64,000 bases of DNA from Candidatus Sumerlaeaceae bacterium (GCA_049968255.1 JBMFRB010000003.1:1-64000); one strand, 5' to 3'. Shown: positions 40,532 to 51,134, counted from the first letter of the stretch. The notes: generated by a model not told the origin, from the letters alone. Program-made: numbers and translations.

Positions 40532-41257
40532 ATGAAAACACTGTCCGATTTCTTAGCAGCCTACAGCCAAGTGATAGCACGGCGCGACGAAGAGGCGGGG
40601 CGTCGTGAAGTCTGCCACCCACCAATTGTGCTTTCCCGCGAGATCGGAAGTGGTGGTCGACGCATCGCCGAGGCGCTTGCGGGGCGTTTGGGATTTGTTC
40701 TGTGCGATAAACAGATTCTCGACGAACTGGCCGAACGCGCCAAAGTGCCTAAAGACTTTCTTGCGATGCTTGATGAGCGCCCCGCAAAAGCACTGGAGCT
40801 ACTAGGAGCAAGTCTTTTGCGTGGAGTGAGCCTGACGCCGGAGGATTACGAACGAGTGCTGAAATCAGGGCTTCGTGCTCTTCTCAGGCTAGGAAGTGTG
40901 GTCATCGTGGGCCGAGGAGCGATCTTTTTAGCGGAGCCGGGCAAGGCGCTTCGCGTACGGGTCGTTGCCCCCCGACATTTGCGAATTAAAAATTTGATGA
41001 ATTATGAAAATATCTCTGATCAGGAAGCGGCCAAGCGGATCGAAAAAATCGAGAAGGAGCGGGCTGAGTTTCTGCGGCGCTACTTTGGCGCCGAAGAAGC
41101 GCGCGCCGATTGCTTCGATATCGCGGTGAACACCGAGTGCCTCTCCATAGAGAACTGTGTGGATTTGATCATGGAGGCCTACAAAAAGCTCTTCAAATGT
41201 GGCGAACAGATTGTAGGCCCTGCAGCCCAGAATCTAAACACGTCCAAACACCCTTAG
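40532..41257 (+). CDS. Cytidylate kinase-like family protein
   Basis: LSREIGSGGRRIA, VVIVGRGA, VRVVAP and FDIAVNT motifs. AAGGAG RBS. Confidence 0.85.
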   Translation: MKTLSDFLAAYSQVIARRDEEAGRREVCHPPIVLSREIGSGGRRIAEALAGRLGFVLCDKQILDELAERAKVPKDFLAMLDERPAKALELLGASLLRGVSLTPEDYERVLKSGLRALLRLGSVVIVGRGAIFLAEPGKALRVRVVAPRHLRIKNLMNYENISDQEAAKRIEKIEKERAEFLRRYFGAEEARADCFDIAVNTECLSIENCVDLIMEAYKKLFKCGEQIVGPAAQNLNTSKHP

Positions 41258-41404
41258 AGTCAGTAAGGAGTTGCGAATAAGATTGCGAAAACATAGTAGA
41301 CCGAGTTTGTGCCATTTTTCACAGTGTGTGGGCTATGCGGTGCGATGAGAATGCCGCGAAATGCTTGATATTCGTGCGCCGAGCGTCCGAACCTGCCCAC
41401 TACA

Positions 41405-41650
41405 ATGGCACCCCCCGACAAACGAGAGCCAGGGACCGTTGACGATAAGGCTCGCGAGGTGCGGCGAGTTTCGTTGGGAGTGACAATCCCAACGACGTTT
41501 GCGGCAGCGGTCGTTGTCGGCGTGGCCCTTGGTTATGGGCTTGACCGGTGGTTGGGAACGGAACCGTGGTTGACGCTTGTGTTTTTGGCATTGGGTTTCG
41601 TGGCTGGGATCCGCGAAATGTTGAGTGTGTTGAAGAAGATGGATCGGTAA
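41405..41650 (+). CDS. atpZ: AtpZ/AtpI family protein
   Basis: VGVALGYGLDRWLGTEPWLTLVFLALGFVAG. First gene of the atp cluster. Confidence 0.88.
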   Translation: MAPPDKREPGTVDDKAREVRRVSLGVTIPTTFAAAVVVGVALGYGLDRWLGTEPWLTLVFLALGFVAGIREMLSVLKKMDR

Positions 41651-41654
41651 GGGC

Positions 41655-43211
41655 ATGATGCCGTCTGCGATCAGAAAGTTGATGCGAGCAAGTGGTGTGA
41701 TGGGAGCCGCTGTGGCGGCTATGTGGGCTATTTGGGACTGGAAAGCGGGAGCGACGTTCGCGCTCGCTGTGGCGTGGGCCGTGGCCAATGTGTTCGTTTG
41801 GACCCGCCTCATCCAGGCCGTGCTGGTGCTTCAGCGGCGCAGCCGCACAGCTGTGTTTAGTTGGTTGGGAGCCAAGCTTGCTATGCTTGGAGGCGGATTT
41901 GCCGCGGTTTGGGCAGCGGCGCCTCTCTCGGTCGGGCAAACATTGGCCCTCACGATCGGTGTTTTTTCGGTCTTGCTGGCCGCAACGGTACTCGCTTTCC
42001 TGGGGGCATTTCTGGACACTCCGAAAGTCAGCACCGAGGAAAACGGAAACAAAAAGAGCTCTGCAGCCAGGAGCGTCATATCAAATCTTGCGGCTGTTGC
42101 TGCAGTTTTAGCGCTTCTTGTGTCGGCGGAAGCGCGTGCCAATGCCCCAGCGGTGTCGCCTGCCCCGAGCGAGTCAAAAGCCAATGTGGGGCTTCGCGAG
42201 AAATCTCCCGGGGAGGATGCCGGGGCGCAGAAGAGTTCGGCCGCAGCATTTGCGTCGGAGGTCTCCAACGAAGGCCCAAAGCATGAAGCTTCGGCGGCGC
42301 ATGGAGAGGTGGCCGAAGGCCATGGCCACGAAGAGGCAGCCAAACCGGAGCTACCTAATTTCATTACCGTCTTGCTTCAGCTCGAGCTCGGCGGGCGCCG
42401 CATTGCCGATACTTCGCTTGGGCACTTTCTCCACACCTACGAATACCAGATTTTCCTTGTGCTGATCACGATGTTTCTCTGTGGCGTGATCTTGGCCACG
42501 GCTGGCTTGCGCGCCCTGGTCCCGGGTCCCACGCAAGCTTTGCTTGAAATGGTCGTTGAAGGCGCGTACAATTTCTTTGCGAGTGTGCTGGGCAGCCGCG
42601 AGCGTGCGCGCCGTCACATGCCTTTTTTCGGCTCACTTTTTCTCTTTATTTGGTTCAACAACATGTTTGGGATTGTGCCGTTGTTTACGGGGGCGACTTC
42701 GACGTTCCAGCTCACGGCGTCGCTGGCCGTCCTCGTGTTCTTTTATGTGCACGTCAATGCCATCCATGAAGCAGGGTTCAAGCATTGGCTTTTGCACCTC
42801 ATGCAGGATCCGAAGGACTTCATGGGCTGGGTCCTTGCGCCCGTGTTTTTTGTTCTTCACGTCATCGGCGAGCTAGCAAAACCACTTTCTTTGTCGTTGC
42901 GTCTTTTTGGCAACATCACGGGTGAGCACATTCTCAGCGGGGTCTTTCTCATTTTGGGGCTTTTGCTCATGAGCGCGGTCTGGCCGCATCCACTGGTCGG
43001 CGTGCCGCTGCATTTGCCCTTCCTATTCTTGTCGCTATTGGTGGGGACAATTCAGGCTGTCGTGTTCACGCTGCTGTCGACGATTTACCTCGCGCTGTTC
43101 TTGCCGCACGATGAGCATGAGCATGGCCACGGTGGGGAGCAGGGAGAAGAGACGTCGGAGCTGGCTGCGCACGGCAACCGCGTTAGCGCTCAGGCATCCG
43201 CGCAGCATTGA
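41655..43211 (+). CDS. atpB: F0F1 ATP synthase subunit a with an N-terminal fused AtpI-like 4-TM domain
   Basis: The C-terminal ~290 aa carry VPGPTQALLE, NNMFGIVP, KPLSLSLRLFGNI and IQAVVFTLLS. The N-terminal ~120 aa form four hydrophobic helices. No internal stop. Confidence 0.9.
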   Translation: MMPSAIRKLMRASGVMGAAVAAMWAIWDWKAGATFALAVAWAVANVFVWTRLIQAVLVLQRRSRTAVFSWLGAKLAMLGGGFAAVWAAAPLSVGQTLALTIGVFSVLLAATVLAFLGAFLDTPKVSTEENGNKKSSAARSVISNLAAVAAVLALLVSAEARANAPAVSPAPSESKANVGLREKSPGEDAGAQKSSAAAFASEVSNEGPKHEASAAHGEVAEGHGHEEAAKPELPNFITVLLQLELGGRRIADTSLGHFLHTYEYQIFLVLITMFLCGVILATAGLRALVPGPTQALLEMVVEGAYNFFASVLGSRERARRHMPFFGSLFLFIWFNNMFGIVPLFTGATSTFQLTASLAVLVFFYVHVNAIHEAGFKHWLLHLMQDPKDFMGWVLAPVFFVLHVIGELAKPLSLSLRLFGNITGEHILSGVFLILGLLLMSAVWPHPLVGVPLHLPFLFLSLLVGTIQAVVFTLLSTIYLALFLPHDEHEHGHGGEQGEETSELAAHGNRVSAQASAQH

Positions 43212-43267
43212 TAAAGTTTTGGGTCGGATTGACGAAGGCCCAGAAAATACCAGGAGGCATTGAGAGC

Positions 43268-43504
43268 ATGGACAAAGTGACAGCGATGGCATTGGCTTAT
43301 GGCATCGGTCTGGGAATTGCCGCGTTTGGTTCGGCGCTCGGTCTGGGCAAAGCCGTCGGCAGTGCGATGGAGGCAATCGGGCGCCAGCCTGAGGCATCGG
43401 GCAAGATTCAAACGGCCATGATCATCGGTTCGGCGTTCATCGAAGCGCTCACGATCTACGCGTTGATCAGCCCGTTTATCGCGTCGCTCACGTTCTTCAA
43501 ATAA
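43268..43504 (+). CDS. atpE: ATP synthase subunit c
   Basis: GLGIAAFGSALGLG, EAIGRQPEA and FIEALTIY motifs. GGAGG RBS. Confidence 0.96.
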   Translation: MDKVTAMALAYGIGLGIAAFGSALGLGKAVGSAMEAIGRQPEASGKIQTAMIIGSAFIEALTIYALISPFIASLTFFK

Positions 43505-43595
43505 GCGTGGCAAATTGCGGGTTGAGCGGGGGGCGCGGAGCTTGGCTGGACGCTCAAGCGTCCCCTCTCTCCCATGAAGCGAAAGGCTGACCATC

Positions 43596-44078
43596 ATGCA
43601 AACTGTTATCGCACAAGTCCTGACAAGCGTCCTGGCCTTCGTGATCTTCTATGTGGTGGCGAAGCGCCTGTTCTGGACCAGTATCCTCAACGCCATTGAG
43701 GAGCGCCAGCGTCGCATCCAAGGTGAGCTGGAGCGTATCGAGGAACTGAAGACTAAGGTACAGGCGCTTGAGCAGGAATACCAGACACACTTGGCGCAAA
43801 TCGAGCGCGAGGCCAACCAGCGCAAGCAGCAAGAGATCGCCGAGGGCAAACGAATAGCGGAAGAGATCAAGGAGCAAGCGCGCCGCGAGGCCAAGGCTGA
43901 GATTGCACGCATGCACCAAATCCTCGAGCTCGAAATTGAGCGCGTGCGGGCAGAGCTCAAGGGTGAGGTCGTGCGCCTGACGCTGGAAGCCACCGAGCGC
44001 ATTATTCGCGAGCGGCTCGACGATGCCAAACACCGTGAACTGGTGGCAAAATTTGTCGAGGAACTGAGTCGGCGATGA
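43596..44078 (+). CDS. atpF: ATP synthase subunit b
   Basis: N-terminal TM, then ILNAIEERQRRI and a coiled coil. Position in the operon fits. Confidence 0.92.
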   Translation: MQTVIAQVLTSVLAFVIFYVVAKRLFWTSILNAIEERQRRIQGELERIEELKTKVQALEQEYQTHLAQIEREANQRKQQEIAEGKRIAEEIKEQARREAKAEIARMHQILELEIERVRAELKGEVVRLTLEATERIIRERLDDAKHRELVAKFVEELSRR

Positions 44079-44632
44079 AGTACGTAGACCCAGTCATCAC
44101 CGAACGCTACGCCCGAGCTCTCTATCGCTCGGCCGAAAAACTTGCCCAACTTGAGGCGGTGCTGACGGATATCGAGACCCTTTCGCCGCTTCTGGGCATG
44201 ATGAGCAAGCTGCAACTGTTGCTCGACAGTCCACAGATTTCCACGGAAGCCAAGCGCGAGCTCATCGAGCGCGGTATTGCTCCACGCGTCAGCCCGGTCA
44301 CGGCTCGGCTTCTCCTTCTCTTGGTTGCCAAGGGGCGCACCGAATACGCTGTGGCGATTTTCAGCCGCTTCAAAAAGATCACGCGCGAGGCCCAAGGAAT
44401 TTTTGACGCGAAAGTAGTCTCGGCCGTACCTCTCGCTGATGGCGAGCGTGCCCGGCTGCAGGCGGTGCTTGAGGAGCATATGCGGGCGCGGCTTGCCATC
44501 TCTTTTCTCGTAGATCCGCGCGTGGTGGGAGGCGTGTGCTTCCAGTGTGGAGATCTTCTCCTCGACGACACCGTGCGGGGCAAACTCGATCGGCTGCGTG
44601 AACGTCTCGAACGGGTGGTAACCGCGAAATGA
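44075..44632 (+). CDS. atpH: ATP synthase subunit delta
   Basis: RYARALY, VSAVPL, VDPRVVGG and DDTVRGKL motifs. Confidence 0.93.
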   Translation: MKYVDPVITERYARALYRSAEKLAQLEAVLTDIETLSPLLGMMSKLQLLLDSPQISTEAKRELIERGIAPRVSPVTARLLLLLVAKGRTEYAVAIFSRFKKITREAQGIFDAKVVSAVPLADGERARLQAVLEEHMRARLAISFLVDPRVVGGVCFQCGDLLLDDTVRGKLDRLRERLERVVTAK

Positions 44633-45117
44633 GAACCAAAGCGGAGTTTCGGAAAAAGTTTTACGTCGATGGACTTCGCACCCAGCGCTTGGCGCAGGTG
44701 TTCGACGATAGCGACCTTGCTGTGAAGCCTGCCGAGGGCTCGATGACTATGGCAGAATTGCTAGCCCATATCATCGCCAGCAGAAATTTTCTTCGTGGCG
44801 TTTTTGCCGAGGAAGCTCCCACGACCGAGCTTTTCAAAATCCCCCTCGCCATAGAAAGCGCAGCGGCTCTGCGGCGCGAGCTGGCGAGGAGCTGGCGTGC
44901 TGTGCTCGATGCGCTCGATGGGGCTGAGGACGTATGGCTCGCACAGACGATTTCCCCCTTCGGCCCGGATTGGGAGATGAGCCGCTTGGAGATGGCAGAC
45001 CTTATGCTCGAACACGAGATTCATCACCGCGGGCAGCTCAGCGTGTACGTGCGCGTGGCTGGCAAAACTCCGCCGGAACTTTACACACCAGTGACCGAAG
45101 AAGTTTTGGAGGACTAA
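44629..45117 (+). CDS. DinB/YfiT family protein
   Basis: [16 protein letters not shown] and [14 protein letters not shown]...PPELY (DinB His-triad signature). Confidence 0.88.
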   Translation: MRTKAEFRKKFYVDGLRTQRLAQVFDDSDLAVKPAEGSMTMAELLAHIIASRNFLRGVFAEEAPTTELFKIPLAIESAAALRRELARSWRAVLDALDGAEDVWLAQTISPFGPDWEMSRLEMADLMLEHEIHHRGQLSVYVRVAGKTPPELYTPVTEEVLED

Positions 45118-45133
45118 CCGAGAGGATAGCGCT

Positions 45134-46711
45134 ATGGCAATTCGGCCGGAAGAAATCACGAATATCATTGAACGAGAATTAGAAGGCTTTGAGGCAGCTC
45201 TCGACGTTCAGAAGGTCGGGACAATCCTGAAGATCGGCGATTCCATCGCCACAATTTACGGCCTCATGGATGCCATGGCTGGTGAACTCTTGGAGTTCCC
45301 GGGCGGCACGATGGGCATGGTGCTCAACCTCGAAGAATCCACCGTGGGCGCGGCGATTTTCGGCAGCGATCGCGACATCAAAGAGGGCGACACGGTGCGC
45401 TGCACTGGCCGCATTGCCAGCGTACCGGTGGGCGAGGCGCTCATTGGGCGCGTGGTGAACGCTTTGGGCCAGCCCATCGACGGCAAGGGCCCCATTGTGA
45501 CCAACGAATATCGGCCCATCGAATTTCCCGCCCCCAACGTCATTGCGCGCCAGTCGGTGAAGCAGCCCCTCATGACGGGCATCAAGGCCATTGATTCGAT
45601 GATTCCCATCGGCCGCGGCCAGCGTGAGCTCATCATCGGCGATCGCCAGACGGGAAAAACCTCCGTAGCGGTGGACACAATCATCAATCAAAAGGGGCAG
45701 GACGTTATCTGCATCTACGTGGCAATCGGCCAAAAGGCCTCGACGGTGGCAGGACTTGTGCAAACGCTCGAACGTTATGGCGCAATGGATTACACAATCG
45801 TGGTCTCGGCCAGTGCCGAGGAGGCCGCTTCGTTGCTCTATATCGCCCCTTACGCTGGCTGCGCCATGGGCGAGTATTTCATGTACAACGGTGGTCATGC
45901 CTTGTGCATCTACGACGACCTGTCGAAGCATGCCACGGCCTACCGTCAGTTGTCGCTTCTGCTGAGGCGGCCCCCCGGGCGCGAGGCTTATCCGGGTGAT
46001 GTTTTTTACCTGCACTCGCGCCTCCTCGAACGCGCCGCAAAACTCAGCGAGGATGCGGAAATCATTCGCCAGTCGTGCCCCGAGGCGAAGAAGCCCGGTG
46101 GCAGTCTTACTGCACTGCCGTTCATCGAAACACAGGCTGGCGACGTCTCGGCTTATATTCCAACGAACGTTATCTCGATCACCGATGGCCAAATCTATCT
46201 CGAGCCGGACCTCTTTTACTCGGGCGTGAAACCCGCCATTAACGTAGGCCTCTCGGTGAGCCGCGTGGGCGGAAATGCCCAATACAAAGCCATGAAAAAG
46301 GTGGGCGGACGCCTGCGCCTTGAATTGGCACAATATCGTGAATTGGCCGCTTTTGCACAGTTTGGTTCAGACCTCGACGCGGCCACGCGTGCCCAACTCA
46401 CGCGCGGCGAGCGGCTCGTGGAAGTGCTCAAACAGGACCTTTTCACACCCTACGTGCTGTGGAAACAGGTGGCAATTATTTTCGCCGCAACGCAGGGCTT
46501 CCTTGACGACCTGCCACTAGCCGACGTACGCCCCTTCGAAAAGGAGCTCTACCCCTATCTTGAGAAAAATCACGCGGATATCATCCATGAAATCGAGACC
46601 ACGAAGGACCTGAGCGATGCCGTGGCAGAACGGCTCCGCAAGGCAGTCGCAAACTTCAAGCAAGACTTCGTGAAGTCGCGAACCGGTGCTCCCGCCGGCG
46701 CAACGGCTTAG
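45134..46711 (+). CDS. atpA: ATP synthase subunit alpha
   Basis: [40 protein letters not shown] and ISITDGQ motifs. Confidence 0.98.
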   Translation: MAIRPEEITNIIERELEGFEAALDVQKVGTILKIGDSIATIYGLMDAMAGELLEFPGGTMGMVLNLEESTVGAAIFGSDRDIKEGDTVRCTGRIASVPVGEALIGRVVNALGQPIDGKGPIVTNEYRPIEFPAPNVIARQSVKQPLMTGIKAIDSMIPIGRGQRELIIGDRQTGKTSVAVDTIINQKGQDVICIYVAIGQKASTVAGLVQTLERYGAMDYTIVVSASAEEAASLLYIAPYAGCAMGEYFMYNGGHALCIYDDLSKHATAYRQLSLLLRRPPGREAYPGDVFYLHSRLLERAAKLSEDAEIIRQSCPEAKKPGGSLTALPFIETQAGDVSAYIPTNVISITDGQIYLEPDLFYSGVKPAINVGLSVSRVGGNAQYKAMKKVGGRLRLELAQYRELAAFAQFGSDLDAATRAQLTRGERLVEVLKQDLFTPYVLWKQVAIIFAATQGFLDDLPLADVRPFEKELYPYLEKNHADIIHEIETTKDLSDAVAERLRKAVANFKQDFVKSRTGAPAGATA

Positions 46712-46782
46712 CCTCAAAGGCGTGAGGCAAAGGTGCGCATAATTCGCACCATGCGATTGCTTCAACTTGAACCAAAATTCGA

Positions 46783-46823
46783 GCGCCGTGGCACGGCTAA
46801 CAAGCCGCGGCGCAAATTTATTT
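46783..46823 (+). terminator. Candidate terminator after atpA
   Basis: Stem GCGCCGTGGC / GCCGCGGCGC (10 bp with one G-U pair) followed by AAATTTATTT. Confidence 0.45.
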
Positions 46824-47144
46824 CGTGGCGCCTCCTGAGGTTCTCTTGCGCTTCAGAGATCTAAAGCACAGCCCAAACGAGGAACTTGGCGCGAGAGCGA
46901 TGTCGGTGGGGGCTGCAAGCTGCTCGCGTGGGGGGAGAAACGCAAGCGGGTGGGTGCGAGCTTGGGTTGTTTCACTGCCTCCGTTTGGCCGAGCGAAAGC
47001 CTCCTTTGGAAAAGCGCTTGCATTAGTTTTTCCCCTTAGGCGGAGTGCCTGGCAAGCGTGGGCGGTGTATTTCCACATCGCAGCATTGTCGAGACCGACA
47101 ATGGCCGTCTATCACGTTCCAATAATCCAGTGGAGGATAAAGGA

Positions 47145-48695
47145 ATGATTTCGCGCCCTGTGGCCCAAAGCTTATTAGTCAAAAGTGCTTTTTATTATCA
47201 AAATGTTTTTCTTACTTGTTTTATGGCAGCCACGCTGGTTTGCGGTGCAGCGCAACAGACGACGTCCCCCCTGGTCGAGCGCATTGAACGAATCGTTGCC
47301 CAGTATCCACTGAACGGAAATGTCACCGCAGCCGTTTACGTGGTGGACGCCGCAAGTGGTGAAGTCCTCGTGGACCGCTACGGCGAGAAACCCTTGAAAC
47401 CTGCTTCGTGCAACAAGCTTCTCACGACGGCGGCGGGCCTGACGCTGCTTGGGCCGGCCTTCACTTTTCACACATATCTCTATGCCGATGGCCCGTTGAC
47501 CACGCCCACCATGCACGGAAATCTCTACATCGTTGGTGGTGGCGATCCAACAATCTCGGGTCGGTTCGAGCCGAATAAGCGCGATGTCACGGCCCCTTTG
47601 CGCCGGTGGGCCGACGCTCTGACTTCAATGGGTCTTAAGCGCATTGAGGGAGACATTCTGGCCGACGACTCGTTCTTTGACACTCAGTATTTTCACCCAA
47701 CGTGGTATCCGGCCGAGCGCGGAGAGTGGTATGAGGCCGAAGTGTCGGCCCTTGCGTTCAACGATAACTGTGTGGATCTGCTCTGGTCGGGCCTGGAAGG
47801 ATTGCCAGGTGATCGAGCGGCCCTTCGGCTCAATCCGGCCACGAGCTATGTTCGGGTGCGCAACGAGGTTCGCCTTGTGGCAAAGGGGCGACCGAGTGGA
47901 CGCTGGTACATTCGCAAGGCTGGCTCAAACGACATCCTCGCCACAGGTACACTCAACGTTGGGACGGAAAAAGACGACAGCGCAAGCGTCAACGACGGTG
48001 CGCTCTATTTTGCCACCGTCTTTCGTGAGGTGCTGACAAACCATGGCATCACCTTGGTCGGCAAGCCACGGCATGTGCGCTATTCTCCCGCGCAAAGCCA
48101 GCGCCACCGCAAGGTTCTCCTGGCTGAGCGCGTCTCACCGCCCCTGGCCGAGATCGTCAAGGTCATCAACCTTGTCAGCCAGAATTTCTACGCCGAGTGT
48201 TTGGTGAAGATGCTCGGCCGCCAGTTTGCAGGCGAGGGCAGCTTCGAGGCGGGCACGCGTGTCGTCCGCGAATTCGTGCGCAAAAATGGAATCTACCATG
48301 AGGGCCATCGCATGGTGGACGGCTCGGGGCTGTCCGATGGTAACCGCGTTAGCGCACGTCAGCTTGTCGAGACAATTCGTTTCATGGATCGTGGAGCACA
48401 TCGCCAGGCGTGGCGTGCAAGTTTCCCCGTGGGAGGCACACGCGGCAGCCTTCGAACGCGTTTCCAGCAAACAAGCGCGACAAAGACACTGGCCCACAAC
48501 ATCATGGGCAAGACGGGCCTCATCGAGAGCGTGCGCTCGCTCTCCGGCATCGCTACCACCGTCGATGGACGCGAACGCTACTATAGTATCATCGTTAATG
48601 GTTTCCGCTCCGAGGGCGACAAGGTCATCCGCATGATCGATGAGCTGGCCCTCGCCATCGTCGACGAGAAATGTGTCGTGCTCGACCCGAAATAA
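47145..48695 (+). CDS. dacB: D-Ala-D-Ala carboxypeptidase/endopeptidase (PBP4, peptidase S13)
   Basis: PASCNK (SxxK), GGGDP, SQN (SxN), DGSGLS and KTG motifs. Confidence 0.92.
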   Translation: MISRPVAQSLLVKSAFYYQNVFLTCFMAATLVCGAAQQTTSPLVERIERIVAQYPLNGNVTAAVYVVDAASGEVLVDRYGEKPLKPASCNKLLTTAAGLTLLGPAFTFHTYLYADGPLTTPTMHGNLYIVGGGDPTISGRFEPNKRDVTAPLRRWADALTSMGLKRIEGDILADDSFFDTQYFHPTWYPAERGEWYEAEVSALAFNDNCVDLLWSGLEGLPGDRAALRLNPATSYVRVRNEVRLVAKGRPSGRWYIRKAGSNDILATGTLNVGTEKDDSASVNDGALYFATVFREVLTNHGITLVGKPRHVRYSPAQSQRHRKVLLAERVSPPLAEIVKVINLVSQNFYAECLVKMLGRQFAGEGSFEAGTRVVREFVRKNGIYHEGHRMVDGSGLSDGNRVSARQLVETIRFMDRGAHRQAWRASFPVGGTRGSLRTRFQQTSATKTLAHNIMGKTGLIESVRSLSGIATTVDGRERYYSIIVNGFRSEGDKVIRMIDELALAIVDEKCVVLDPK

Positions 48696-49025
48696 GGCCT
48701 GCGCAACGCCTGTCACCCCCGAGAGCAACGCGTGACACGGGAGGACTTACCCTTCCTTCGAAAGCTAACGTAGTCGGAGCGCGTCCTTTCGGTGCCTGCT
48801 GTCATGCAGCCTTTTCTCAGGCAAGGAAATGTTTCGTCTCTCATTTGCACTACTTTGGTGTTTTGGGAGGAGGCTCGCAGCCGAAGGCCCAAGAGAACCT
48901 GCACGTGAAGACGCTTGCGAGAGGATTGCGGGGCCTAGGGAAAAAGCTCTAGCGCCGACATGCGAGCTCCCCTGCAGCGGAGCATCCCCAACGATTCAAC
49001 GCCACGGCCATGGCCTGTTAAGGTG

Positions 49026-49625
49026 TTAGAGGCCGAAGAGGCGCGATTCAATGGCGTCGCACCAAAGGTGGAGTATGGTCGTGTGCAGCTCCTGGATACG
49101 CGCGGTGGAGTTCGAAGGAGCCACGACGCACAAATCACACAGCGAGCACATTGGTCCGCCATCGCGGCCTGACAGGCCCACGGTCGCGCATCCAAGCTCG
49201 CGCGCTTTTTCTAATCCAAGAATCACGGATCGCGATTTACCCGACGTGGAAATGCCGATCGCCACATCCCCCGGTTGCGCTAGGGCTTCGAGCTGACGCG
49301 CGAAGAGCTGGTCGTAACCGAAATCGTTAGCGATGCACGTCACGGCCGACGGATTCGTCGTGAGCGCGAGTGCAGGCAATGCAGCCCGGTTTGCACGATA
49401 GCGTCCGACGAGCTCGGCCACGAAATGTTGCGCATCTGCCGCACTCCCTCCGTTGCCGAACACAAGCGCTTTTTTGCCGCGCGCATAGGCATCGGCCAGA
49501 AGCTCGCCGCCCCGTGCGATGTCGGCGGCGGCAATTTCCGCAGCGCGGAGCTTTACTTCGGCGCTTTCGCGCAAAACTGTCACTACATGCTCGAGAAAAC
49601 TCGCTGATGAACGTGCGTCGCTCAT
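49026..49625 (-). CDS. gmhA: Phosphoheptose isomerase
   Basis: GNGGSAADAQH, ANDFG, ISTSG and RIQELH motifs. Confidence 0.94.
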   Translation of the reverse strand: MSDARSSASFLEHVVTVLRESAEVKLRAAEIAAADIARGGELLADAYARGKKALVFGNGGSAADAQHFVAELVGRYRANRAALPALALTTNPSAVTCIANDFGYDQLFARQLEALAQPGDVAIGISTSGKSRSVILGLEKARELGCATVGLSGRDGGPMCSLCDLCVVAPSNSTARIQELHTTILHLWCDAIESRLFGL

Positions 49626-50113
49626 AGTCACCTGAGTTGGCAGCAGCAGTGTGAGCGCGCAAGCGTTTTTTGCGCGTGCAGGCGGACTCTGAGCAGAACG
49701 AGCAGAGTCGGCTTGAGTCGAACATCCACGTTTGCTCTCGGTTGCGGAGAGCGAAATTCTGCGGGAGTTGACTCACGTGTAGGCAAAACAGTGATACTGG
49801 CCTCTTAATGAACAAGGCACAGTGTGCGCTTGCAAGCGGAGTGCGCTGGGCTCGCCGTAAGCCCCCAGCGCGCGCAGTTCGTGGCGCGCCAGTATTGATC
49901 TCAGTGAGCAGCAAGGGGGTGTGTGTGAGGAGGCCGGGCGATTCTCCTTGTCAGAAGCCTATGTGCACGTATACCCGCGCGCCTGAGAGAAAGCTTCGGG
50001 CACAGTTCTTTGCGGATAATCTCACCGACTATACGCCTCTCTTCTCGAGTGGGAGAGAGGCGGAAGATTCTCCGTGCGCACAGTCTCGGCAGGAGGCAAC
50101 GCCGCCGTGCCTG

Positions 50114-50992
50114 TTAGAGGTCTGAGCTCAGCTCTTCGCGAATAATCTCTTCGACGGCTTCGGCAAGGCGCCGCGTGATAGGGCCCACTTTGCCGTCGCC
50201 GATCGGCATCCCGTCGAGCTTAGTCACCGGCATCACGTTCATCGTGGTGCTGGAAAGAAAAGCCTCGTCCGCCGCTCGGAAATCTCCGATGGTCACAGGC
50301 TCGTGGCGCACCTCGATCCCGATGCGTCGCGCGGCATCGAGCACCACCCCCCGCGTGACACCGGAGAGAATGCGAGGTCCCTCGGGATGTGTGAAAACAA
50401 CGCCATCGCGCACGCAAAAAGCATTGGAGGCTCCGCCCTCGGTGACGATGCCATCGCGCACAAGAAGGGCCTCAAACACTCCGGCTTCACGCGCAGCCCG
50501 CTTAGCCAGCACCACAGGCAGCAATGCAATACTTTTGATGTTGCAGCGGCTCCAACGTTCGTCCGGATAGCTGATCATTGCCACACCGTGGTTGCGTTGC
50601 TCTGAGGTGTAATTCGGTGCAGGCTTGAAGTACGCGATCACTGTCGGCGGTGGCTGAGGCACGGGCGGCACGTGAAGGCGCGGGGCCACCCCACGGGTGA
50701 TCTGGAGATAAAGAATCGACTCCTCACCGGGATCGCGCCCGAGTTCGCTGTGCTCTGCTAACTCGTTAATAATTTGGCGCCACTCAGCGGCACTGGGAAT
50801 CCCCTCAATATACAGTCCTGTGCAGCTTTCAGCCACTCTTTCAAGATGCTGCGCCAGCCGCACAGGCCGCCGGCCATGGAATTTCAAAACATCATAGACG
50901 CCGTCGGCGAATTGATAGCCGCGGTCCTCGATTGGCACCACGGCTTCGCTCATGGAAACAAAACGTCCGTTCAAGTACACAATCTGACGCAA
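50114..50992 (-). CDS. dat: D-amino acid aminotransferase (class IV PLP enzyme)
   Basis: EDRGYQFADGVY, YLQITRG, IKSIALL, TEGGASN, ILSGVTR and DEAFLSST motifs. Confidence 0.85.
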   Translation of the reverse strand: MRQIVYLNGRFVSMSEAVVPIEDRGYQFADGVYDVLKFHGRRPVRLAQHLERVAESCTGLYIEGIPSAAEWRQIINELAEHSELGRDPGEESILYLQITRGVAPRLHVPPVPQPPPTVIAYFKPAPNYTSEQRNHGVAMISYPDERWSRCNIKSIALLPVVLAKRAAREAGVFEALLVRDGIVTEGGASNAFCVRDGVVFTHPEGPRILSGVTRGVVLDAARRIGIEVRHEPVTIGDFRAADEAFLSSTTMNVMPVTKLDGMPIGDGKVGPITRRLAEAVEEIIREELSSDL

Positions 50993-51134
50993 CGTCGCTT
51001 ACCTCACATTCTCCGCTAGAACCCCAGATGCGTCGTCTATTGCCGTACCCCCCCTCAAAGAATTGCAACGCCGATGCCGGCGCCACCACCCATGTGCTCA
51101 ATAACGCTCGCGTTGGCGCATTGTTCGCAGCGGC

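Noticed and set aside
45179-46333. 384-aa antisense ORF within atpA, and similar long antisense ORFs within pilB, gpmA and rimO
   Set aside because: These are typical shadow ORFs produced by codon bias in GC-rich, highly expressed genes.
47007-47022. TGGAAAAGCGCTTGCA as a sigma-54 promoter for dacB
   Set aside because: The GG-N10-GC spacing is right but the -24 element is poor (TGGAA rather than TGGCA), so a chance match is likely.
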